Shown here in pieces: positions 27,409-35,358 of a DNA stretch of 50,146 nucleotides. The notes beneath the pieces were generated by a model. That model ran no database searches. It was not told the origin of the DNA and worked only from the letters and a program-made list of their open reading frames with translations. The stretch is from the NCBI GenBank assembly GCA_030041075.1, contig JASHOP010000029.1:1-50146 (forward strand), written 5' to 3'. Numbering within the stretch: the stretch's first letter is position 1; the number at the start of each line of letters is the position of its first letter. Source of the DNA: Thermoplasmata archaeon (GTDB lineage: Archaea > Thermoplasmatota > Thermoplasmata > Lutacidiplasmatales > UBA184). The translations under genes and the position numbers were made by a program.

Positions 27409-29462
27409 GCGCCTCGCGCGGGGTCCCGAGCTCTCCGGCGTCCACGGCTCGGGCGCCGGGCCGGTTCGAGCTCTCCACCGACCTCGTCCCTCAGGGGGAC
27501 CAGCCGGCCGCGATCGACGCGATCGTCGAGCGGATCGAGCGACGTGACAAGTTCGTCACGCTCCTCGGGGTCACGGGGAGCGGCAAGACGTTCACGATGG
27601 CCCACGCGGTCCAGCGCCTCCAGCGCCCGACCCTGGTCATCAGCCCGAACAAGACGCTCGCCGCCCAGCTGGTGAGCGAGTTCCGGTCCCTCTTTCCGAC
27701 CAGCGCGGTCGAGTACTTCGTGAGCTACTACGACTACTACCAGCCCGAGGCCTACGTTCCCCAGATCGACCTGTTCATCGAGAAGGACGCGGCGATCAAC
27801 GAGGAGATCGACCGGCTCCGGCACCGGGCGACGCAAGCGCTGCTCACCCGACGGGACGTTCTCGTGGTCGCGTCGGTCAGTTGCATCTACGGTCTCGGCT
27901 CCCCCGAGGACTACCGGGCGTCGGTCGTCGACCTGAGGGTAGGACAGGAGGTCGGACGCCAGGCGCTCCTCGAGCAGCTGGTCCGGATGAAGTACTCCCG
28001 CAACGACGTCGAGCTGCGCCGGGGCCGCTTCCGGGTCCGTGGGGGGACGATCGACGTGATGGGGGCCGGCGAGACGATCCACCGGATCGTCCTCGAGGGA
28101 AAGACCGTCGGGGCGATCGCCGAGCTCGACCCCGTGACCCAGGAGGAACGGCGCGAGCTCCCCGACCTCGCGATCTTTCCCGCGACCCACTTCCTCACGA
28201 TCGACGCTCGGATGCGGAGGATCCTGGGTGAGATCGAGCAGGAGCGCGACGCCCGCGTTGCCGAGCTGCGGGCCGAGGAGAAGATCGTCGAGGCGCAGCG
28301 GCTCCAGGGCCGCGTCACCTACGACCTCGAGATGCTCCGGGAGACGGGTTACTGCCCCGGGGTCGAGAACTACTCCCGCTACTTCTCCGGCCGCAAGACC
28401 GGCGAGCCGCCGTATACGCTCCTCGACTTCTTCCCGGACGATCTCCTCGTCTTCATGGACGAGTCGCACGTCGGCGTGCCGCAGCTCCAGGGGATGTACA
28501 AGGGCGATCGAAGCCGCAAGGACAACCTGGTCGAGTTCGGGTGGCGTCTCCCGTCCTGCCGCGACAACCGGCCGCTCCGGTTCGAGGAGTTCCTCGGGCG
28601 GGTGCCGCAGGTCGTGTTCGTCTCGGCGACCCCCGGACCGTACGAGCGCCGAGTGTCGCGGGATATCGTCGAGCAGATCATCCGGCCGACGGGACTCGTC
28701 GACCCCCCCGTCGAGGTCCGGCCGCTCAAGGGGCACATCGCCGACCTCGTCGCCGAGCTCAAGGCCTGCATCGCCCGGGGGGATCGCGCCCTCGTCACCA
28801 CCCTCACGAAGCGGACGAGCGAGGAGCTCAGCCGGTACCTCACCGGCCTCGGCCTTCGGGTCCGATACCTCCACTCCGACATCGAGACCCTGAAGCGGGT
28901 CGAGGTCCTCCGGGACCTCCGTCTCGGCCGATTCGACATCCTCGTGGGGATCAACCTCCTTCGAGAAGGGCTCGACCTCCCCGAGGTGAGCTTCGTCGCG
29001 ATCCTCGACGCCGACAAGGAGGGATACCTCCGGAGCGAGACGTCGATCGTCCAGACCGCCGGCCGGGCGAGCCGCAACCTCTCCGGCAAGGTCGTGCTCT
29101 ACGCGGACCGGGCCACCGGCTCGATGCGCCGCGCGATCGCCGAGATGGCCCGGCGGCGCGCCGCCCAGATCCGGTACAACGCCGCGCACGGGATCGTCCC
29201 CGAGACGGTCCGCAAGGAGGTCCGCTCGATCCTCGCCGCCGACGAGGAGGTCCCGTCGGGCGACCTCTCCGTCGCGGGGCTCGGGAAGCGCTGGAAGGAC
29301 CGGATCCCGCTCCTGCTCGCGAACCTCGAGGAGGAGATGCGGCTCGCCGCCGAGCGGCTCGAGTTCGAGGAGGCCGCGCGCATCCGGGACCGGATCCACG
29401 AGCTCCGTCGCCAGGCGGAGGAGGCCCGCGGCGGCCCGCGGGCCGGCGCGACGCCCGCGTGA
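27405..29462 (+). CDS. uvrB: Excinuclease ABC subunit B
   Basis: PQGDQP.AI, GVTGSGKT, YFVSYYDYYQPEAY, DESH, GINLLREGLD, C-terminal UVR FEEAARIRD. Confidence 0.98.
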   Translation: MSASRGVPSSPASTARAPGRFELSTDLVPQGDQPAAIDAIVERIERRDKFVTLLGVTGSGKTFTMAHAVQRLQRPTLVISPNKTLAAQLVSEFRSLFPTSAVEYFVSYYDYYQPEAYVPQIDLFIEKDAAINEEIDRLRHRATQALLTRRDVLVVASVSCIYGLGSPEDYRASVVDLRVGQEVGRQALLEQLVRMKYSRNDVELRRGRFRVRGGTIDVMGAGETIHRIVLEGKTVGAIAELDPVTQEERRELPDLAIFPATHFLTIDARMRRILGEIEQERDARVAELRAEEKIVEAQRLQGRVTYDLEMLRETGYCPGVENYSRYFSGRKTGEPPYTLLDFFPDDLLVFMDESHVGVPQLQGMYKGDRSRKDNLVEFGWRLPSCRDNRPLRFEEFLGRVPQVVFVSATPGPYERRVSRDIVEQIIRPTGLVDPPVEVRPLKGHIADLVAELKACIARGDRALVTTLTKRTSEELSRYLTGLGLRVRYLHSDIETLKRVEVLRDLRLGRFDILVGINLLREGLDLPEVSFVAILDADKEGYLRSETSIVQTAGRASRNLSGKVVLYADRATGSMRRAIAEMARRRAAQIRYNAAHGIVPETVRKEVRSILAADEEVPSGDLSVAGLGKRWKDRIPLLLANLEEEMRLAAERLEFEEAARIRDRIHELRRQAEEARGGPRAGATPA

Positions 29463-29515
29463 CGCGCCGGTCCCGCATCCGACGAGGATTTAGGAGACCC
29501 GGATACCCCCGTTCG

Positions 29516-30328
29516 ATGCCGCGACGCACGCCGGCGGCCCCGGGCGGGGGCGGGCTGGACGCCCTCCGTCGCAGCGGCTCCGCCACGGAGATGCTGTTCC
29601 TCTACGAGTGCGTGACCCAGAGCGTCCCGCGGCTCAAGATCGTCGCCGACCGGCTCGGCCTCACGGTCCAGGCCGCCTCGCATCTCTACCGCGAGCTCTC
29701 CCGCCGGGGTCTGGTGGAGCTCCGCGAGGGCCACTACCGCCCGACCGTGCGCGGCGTGGCAACGCTCCAGGGTAGCCTCTCCGCCGTGGCGGAGGAGGTC
29801 GGTCAGCGGTTGGAGCGGCTCGAGATCGTCCGTACGACGCGTGCCGTCGCCCGGCGGCCGATAGTCGGTGGCCAGCCCGTGGGGCTCGAGCTCGTCGACG
29901 GGATTCTCACGGCGATTCCGGGGGGGCGCGGCGGGTCGCGCGGAACGGCGAGGTCGTCGGCGCGCCCGGGGGAGCTGGTCGAGGTCAACGGGCTGAAGGG
30001 GATCGTCCCGATCACGACCGGCTCCGTCTCCGTCTGGGTCGTCCCCCGTGACCGCGCCGCGCTCGAACCGGCCCGCCGCAAGGCGAGTCGCTTGGTCCGG
30101 ACGACGATCCCCCCGCTCCTCGTGGCCCAGGGGCTCGAGGCGATCCACCTCGCGAGCCGCGCCACCCGGCAGCCCGTGACCCGGTTCGGGGCCGCGGCGG
30201 CCTGCCTCGAGGCGTCCCGCCTCGGCGTTGACAGCGTGGCGTTCGTCTCCGAGGACGAGCTCCCGCGCTTCCTCGCGTCGTTCTCGGGGGCGAACCCTCC
30301 ACCGGTGACCGTCGCGAGGCTCGGTTAG
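29516..30328 (+). CDS. Winged-helix transcriptional regulator (COG1497-like)
   Basis: N-terminal HTH (VADRLGLTVQAAS), then V.L..VDG.L.A, GELV.V..LKGI, C-terminal G.EA...FG....EA..LG. Confidence 0.75.
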   Translation: MPRRTPAAPGGGGLDALRRSGSATEMLFLYECVTQSVPRLKIVADRLGLTVQAASHLYRELSRRGLVELREGHYRPTVRGVATLQGSLSAVAEEVGQRLERLEIVRTTRAVARRPIVGGQPVGLELVDGILTAIPGGRGGSRGTARSSARPGELVEVNGLKGIVPITTGSVSVWVVPRDRAALEPARRKASRLVRTTIPPLLVAQGLEAIHLASRATRQPVTRFGAAAACLEASRLGVDSVAFVSEDELPRFLASFSGANPPPVTVARLG

Positions 30329-31365
30329 CCAACGGCCCCGGGGAATCGATCGGCGGACGCGCGCGCAGGGTACGCCCCGCAGGTGCGGCAGAAGTTCGAG
30401 TCGTCCCGGGGGAGCTCGAACCCGCACCCCTGGCACGGGTTGCGTCCGAACCGCACGAGTGGCGGCCGGTCCCCGAACACCTCGCGGAAGACGCGGTAGT
30501 AGGCGAGCTGCTCCGCGTCGCGGATCGTCACGCGGTCGTCCTCCCGGATCCGTTGAATCTCCCGCTTCAGGAGCTCGGGCGAGGTCCGGGACCGGAAGAA
30601 CTCGGGGAGAGCGTGGGTTCCCGATCCGACCTCGATCGGGTCCTTGCGTCGCCAGCACGATGAGGTCTCGGGAAACGCCTCGCGCAGCGCGATCTTCCCG
30701 AACGTCACCCCGTCGTGCACGCCGACCTTCCGTGCCTTCGGCAGCGCGGTGGCGAACCGGACCACGCTCGGATCGGTGAACGGGGCGCGGACCTCGATCC
30801 CCAACTCCCGTCCCAGCGGCACCGAGGAGAACTGCATCGACTCGGCCATCCGCCGCGAGTACTCCTCGAACTCCGCCGGGGGCTTCGCCCACATGAACGA
30901 GTAGCCCCCGAACAGCTCGTCGGCCGCGTCGCCGGTCATGACCGTCCGGCACCCCAGGGCGCCGGCCTCGCGAAGGCCGCGAGCGATCACGATGCTGTTG
31001 CGGAGCTCCATCGGGTCGAAGCTGCGCAGCACCCGCGCCACGAACCCGACCTCGTCGAGGAGCTCCTCGACCGAGACCTCGACCAGCCGATGGTTCCAGC
31101 CCAGCTCCGCCGCGATGCGCTGGGCGTATGCCCGGTCCGGCGCTTCGGGCGAGGTCAGTACCGTCACCGCCGTTCGGGTCCCGGAAGCCGCGGCGAGAGG
31201 AGCGAGAATCGACGTGTCGAGGCCGCCCGAAAGGAGCATCCCGTCCGAGGGCCTCCTACGCGCCGCGTCCTCGACAAGGCGACGCAGCTCGGTCCGCTCC
31301 GAGGTGGGGGACGGGGTGTGGTCCCGACGGGGCGTGGCGGCCGCCGCGGCTTCCAGGGCCGCCAT
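30325..31365 (-). CDS. Asparagine synthase C-terminal-domain protein (no glutaminase domain) with C-terminal zinc ribbon
   Basis: LLSGGLDTS, MTGDAADELFGGY, RAPF.D, K..LREAF; CQGC...CRTC; CCTATAG about 24 nt upstream. Confidence 0.88.
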   Translation of the reverse strand: MAALEAAAAATPRRDHTPSPTSERTELRRLVEDAARRRPSDGMLLSGGLDTSILAPLAAASGTRTAVTVLTSPEAPDRAYAQRIAAELGWNHRLVEVSVEELLDEVGFVARVLRSFDPMELRNSIVIARGLREAGALGCRTVMTGDAADELFGGYSFMWAKPPAEFEEYSRRMAESMQFSSVPLGRELGIEVRAPFTDPSVVRFATALPKARKVGVHDGVTFGKIALREAFPETSSCWRRKDPIEVGSGTHALPEFFRSRTSPELLKREIQRIREDDRVTIRDAEQLAYYRVFREVFGDRPPLVRFGRNPCQGCGFELPRDDSNFCRTCGAYPARASADRFPGAVG

Positions 31366-31400
31366 CCTCCGCTCGAGCCGAGCCGTGACTATAGGCGTTT

Positions 31401-31409
31401 GCCTTCGGT
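31401..31409. repeat. Probable target-site duplication, left copy GCCTTCGGT
   Basis: Identical to 35513-35521 and immediately outside the left MITE end. Confidence 0.8.
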
Positions 31410-31490
31410 GGTTCTGTTGCGCATTCGCGGGGCGGAGAGGGCTCGCGCCATCATGATCGAGGACTCGGCTCCGCGAAGTGCGACAATGCC
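31410..31490. mobile_element. 81-bp MITE-like element with IS6-family-like terminal inverted repeats (copy L)
   Basis: Ends GGTTCTGTTGCGC / GTGCGACAATGCC; whole element is an imperfect hairpin; 69/81 identical to 35432-35512. Confidence 0.8.
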
Positions 31491-31807
31491 GTATGGGTGT
31501 CCCGATGGTTTCGGAGAACTGCCGTACGTTTGGTGCGGCCGTGGAACCACAGGAAACTGTTACCAATGCGGACGTACCCGTGGAGATACAGGTCGCTACA
31601 AACTATGAGAGGTGTCCTTCCGGCCCGACATCGGGTGGAAGGACACCTCTCATCAGTTTCATGGTTGCTGCGGGGGACGCGTCCTCTAACGTGCGTTGTT
31701 ACAACAACCTTGGAATGGGGGGAAGCCCGTCACAGAACGACGCGGACTCGATGGCCATCTACTACTGGCCAGGGTCGGTAGTCGACGGTGGGCCAGACTG
31801 CACGTAG
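31491..31807 (+). pseudogene. Probable 3' fragment of a secreted/Cys-containing protein gene truncated at the MITE
   Basis: Open frame abutting copy L and ending ...CYNNLGMGGSPSQNDADSMAIYYWPGSVVDGGPDCT*; no signal peptide or clear start. Confidence 0.35.
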
Positions 31808-31831
31808 ATTGAGTAATCAGCAAGGGCCGCC

Positions 31832-33184
31832 TTGACTTCCGAGGTCTTCGTGCAAGCCCCTTTGCCACGTCGTTCTCCTACCCGTCGACAAGTAGTAGCC
31901 GTGGTCGCGGTGGCGACGGCCCTGACCGTAGCGGGAGGGCTGGCAGTTGGGCTCGTCACCCTCGACCGACAGCCCAGCGGAGGTCCGCCGGTCGTCGACG
32001 ACGGACCGAACTTCTACCAGCTCCTCGCCATGGTCAACTCCTCCGTTGCCAACGTGACCGGGGGGCCCTGGTCTCTCTTCTCGGTAGTGGGGCTCGCGGC
32101 CCAAGGCGACTTCAGCCCGAATGTGAGAGGCTACGAGATCGAGAACCAGTCCCTTGTGGTGAACTCGTGCCAGAGCCTACTCGCGGGGGCTACCCTGTGG
32201 AACGGCACGATCCCGATCACATCCGGGACTCTCAACTCAGGTACCGCTCCGTTCTGGCAACTGGCGTACTACTCGAACGTCAGCCAGCAGCTGTTGATCA
32301 TAACCAGTTCTTCTGGGATCGTTCACGTCTTCTCGCCGATACCTGCCTCGAGCGGATGCGCGTACTCGTGGGACACCCATCCGTACAACTTTACGTTCTG
32401 GGGGAACCAGATCTACGCGAACTCGTCGCTTCCCGTGAACAGTCCTCAGGTGGCTCAGGTGATGTGGAACAACGTGGGGCAATACTGGTTCAAACAGAAC
32501 GTACCGGCGGTCGAGATACTTTGGTTGGGAGCCCAAGTATTCACGGAGATCGATGGCGTTCCCGGTGGGAACTGGGGAGTCGATTACCTCCGCTGCGGAA
32601 TCGCGGGCCTTTCGGGCTACCAGAACTTGATTGATGGTGCAGTCTATAGGGACGGCGAGTACGGGGGGATCCTGGGTGGGACAGTGAACTGCGCGATTCT
32701 CAACTATCCCCCGGACTCAGGCACCTACCAGATAGCGAGTTCGATGCCCAACGTCACCGTAGTTGGCACAACTCAGTATGTGGCAATCCCCGACCATCTC
32801 TACCTCGAGGAGGCCAATGAAAGCGTGGCGGACTTTGAGCCGTGGGGCCTCGCGAACTGGATGGTTAGCATGAACCTGACGAATGCGACGGGCCAGCCGC
32901 TTCCCGCGGGGACCCCGGCCTGCATGAGTTGGGTCTCGTCGATTACAGATTGCGCGGCAGACAGCTCAGGCTGGTATGTGGTTCTGTTGTCAGCGGGGGG
33001 TCTCTGGTTGGCGAGCTACGGCGCCACCCAGACCGGAACGGGGTGGTCCGTCCCCGTGACCGCGATGGTGAGCCATCAGCAGATCGTGGTCGTGGTTCCA
33101 CCCTCCTGGGATCTCACGGGTGACCAGCTGGGTCTAAACTCTACGGTTTCATACTGTACGGTGACGGGATCTGCCACGCTGTGA
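31832..33184 (+). CDS. Membrane-anchored surface glycoprotein, paralog A (unknown family)
   Basis: Basic stretch + N-terminal TM helix, many N-X-S/T sequons, conserved Cys; shares blocks with 33654-35015. Confidence 0.85.
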   Translation: MTSEVFVQAPLPRRSPTRRQVVAVVAVATALTVAGGLAVGLVTLDRQPSGGPPVVDDGPNFYQLLAMVNSSVANVTGGPWSLFSVVGLAAQGDFSPNVRGYEIENQSLVVNSCQSLLAGATLWNGTIPITSGTLNSGTAPFWQLAYYSNVSQQLLIITSSSGIVHVFSPIPASSGCAYSWDTHPYNFTFWGNQIYANSSLPVNSPQVAQVMWNNVGQYWFKQNVPAVEILWLGAQVFTEIDGVPGGNWGVDYLRCGIAGLSGYQNLIDGAVYRDGEYGGILGGTVNCAILNYPPDSGTYQIASSMPNVTVVGTTQYVAIPDHLYLEEANESVADFEPWGLANWMVSMNLTNATGQPLPAGTPACMSWVSSITDCAADSSGWYVVLLSAGGLWLASYGATQTGTGWSVPVTAMVSHQQIVVVVPPSWDLTGDQLGLNSTVSYCTVTGSATL

Positions 33185-33653
33185 CCGCGGCTCAGCAGGG
33201 GCTGGTTCACTAAGGTCCTGGCACGTGTTCGGCCCATCGCGGGTTGACGGCCCGAGCCGTCGCTTCTTGTCAGCCGCAACCAGCAAGTCCGGGGATTCTC
33301 GCTCCGTCGGAGCGAGGACCCATGGCCCGACCCCGCTCGCACTGGACCACCGAGGACAAGAGCGATGAGATCGCCGAGCTCCGTCGGCGTTTGCAGGTTC
33401 ATGAGTGTCACTGCCGCCGGCGAATTGGCCGGGACCGGCGTCGTTGACACAATGACTCCCGAAGTCGCGGGACTGGGGACAAGCATGGGAAGACGTTGCG
33501 TCGTGCCTTCGCGACTGTAGTAGCGATTGGCTTCGAGGAGGGCAGCCATCCTTCGCGAGTCGTCCCTCCCGCTGCGTTCGTGGCGGGACCAATCCAAGCG
33601 GGAAGCCCGAAGAACCCCGGAAAGCGTTGTATCGAGCGGTCGCCCTGTTACGG

Positions 33654-35015
33654 ATGATGGCTAGGAGCCCGCCCGGTCCCGAGTCGTCCTCGTCCACGGT
33701 GTCGCGTAGGGTCGGAAGACGGCGACGATATACGGGTGCGGTGATAGTCGTGGCCATCGCAGTCGTAGCCGGCATGTTAGGCGGCTACTACGCCTTGAAG
33801 CCTCGCGGCCATCCTACGCCATCGGTCGTCGACGACGGCCCGACGTTGTACCAAGCCCTGACCAGTGTCAATACATCCGCACGGGCTGTCGCTGGGGGGC
33901 CGTGGACCATCTCACAGATTTATGGTGTCGCGAGCCCCGTTCCGGTCGACCCCAGTTCGTGGGGATACGACCTGTACGACTGGGTACTGGCGAGTTGTCA
34001 GAAGGCTTTCGACGGTCTGACCTTGTGGAACGGCACGATCCCGCTCTTCAACGGAACCTACAACTCGGGAACCGCTCCCTTCTGGCAGCTCGTCTACTTC
34101 TCTAACGCCTCGCAGGAAATTCTGGTAGGTACCGATATCAATGGGATGGTCCGCGCTTATCCCCCCATTTCGATGACCAGCGAGTGCGCCGAAAGTTCCG
34201 GACTAGGGGGGGACCCGTGGGTCTGGTCGGAGTACTGGAGTCAAGACGGCTACCCCGCCAACAGTCCGATCGTTGCCAGCAACGATTGGAGCTTCATGGC
34301 AGCGCACTATGTGGCTTGGATGGACCGACCTGTCGCCGAGCTGTATCTGTTCGGTGCCGATCAGTTCGGGTCGGGTCAGGCAGGAGTGGATCAGATCAAC
34401 TTCGTCACTTGCGGAACCGTGGGCGGTGTAGGAGCAACCCCCGGCCTCGCCCTCTATGGCGGTTCGAATGGTGTCACCCCTCCGGGATCGTTTGAGACTT
34501 CGAACTACACGCTTGGGTGCACGCCCACGTCCGATAGCTGGACCGCTATCTCCGTAGAGATGATGTTCTCGAACACCACGGTCGAGGCCGGGATCGGCAC
34601 CGCGGTCCTTCAGCAGAACTTCACGTTCTACATGACTGGCCCCTCCCCCTTCGTGGGGCCAGGGTACGACCTGCGTGGGATGACCAGCTGGATGGTCGCT
34701 CTGAATCTGACCAACGCCACCGGAGTGCCGCTGCCCATGTCGGTCTCAGGATGTGGCAGCTGGGTCCCCTCGTTGACCGATTGCGCGAACACGTCCGGTT
34801 GGTACGCCGTCCTTCTGGGGCGGGATGGCACCTGGGACGGCAGTTACGGAGCGAGCGGTGCGGGTCCGGCCTGGTCCAACCCGGTACTTCCGATCGCGAA
34901 CAACGAAACCATCGCGATCGTCGTTCCTTCGGACTGGAATGTGGTCGGCGACACGCTCGCGGTCACGTCGACGACTCCCGGGCTGCCGCTCACCGGTTCG
35001 GTCCATCTCGCGTGA
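33654..35015 (+). CDS. Membrane-anchored surface glycoprotein, paralog B (unknown family)
   Basis: Shared blocks VVDDGP..YQ, GGPW, TLWNGTIP...GT.NSGTAPFWQL.Y.SN.SQ, WMV..NLTNATG.PLP, TDCA...GWY.VLL, VP..W...GD.L. Confidence 0.85.
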   Translation: MMARSPPGPESSSSTVSRRVGRRRRYTGAVIVVAIAVVAGMLGGYYALKPRGHPTPSVVDDGPTLYQALTSVNTSARAVAGGPWTISQIYGVASPVPVDPSSWGYDLYDWVLASCQKAFDGLTLWNGTIPLFNGTYNSGTAPFWQLVYFSNASQEILVGTDINGMVRAYPPISMTSECAESSGLGGDPWVWSEYWSQDGYPANSPIVASNDWSFMAAHYVAWMDRPVAELYLFGADQFGSGQAGVDQINFVTCGTVGGVGATPGLALYGGSNGVTPPGSFETSNYTLGCTPTSDSWTAISVEMMFSNTTVEAGIGTAVLQQNFTFYMTGPSPFVGPGYDLRGMTSWMVALNLTNATGVPLPMSVSGCGSWVPSLTDCANTSGWYAVLLGRDGTWDGSYGASGAGPAWSNPVLPIANNETIAIVVPSDWNVVGDTLAVTSTTPGLPLTGSVHLA

Positions 35016-35358
35016 TCCGCGGGACCGTTCCCCGACTTCGCCCCGGAGCCGACATCCCCTCGAGGATCGTGTGGCTATGCACGACCAGTTCCGGTCGGTC
35101 TCTAGGTCGCCCCGGGAGTCACTTCGAGCCGCTTGAACCGGGACGCCGGCCGAGCCTCCACCATCCTCCTCTCTTCGAGGACCCAGGCCAGCCTCCCTTC
35201 CCGGGGGAGCCCCCTTGACGGACGGCCATCACGCGGATCTTGCCGAGAGGTTCCGTCGGCGCCTTCACCGACAGGTGCAGGTCCCGCGCCTCCCACGGTA
35301 GGTGGCGTAGCAGCATCGGCCCCACCACGCAGAAGAACGCGTGCCCCGGGATCGCCCG

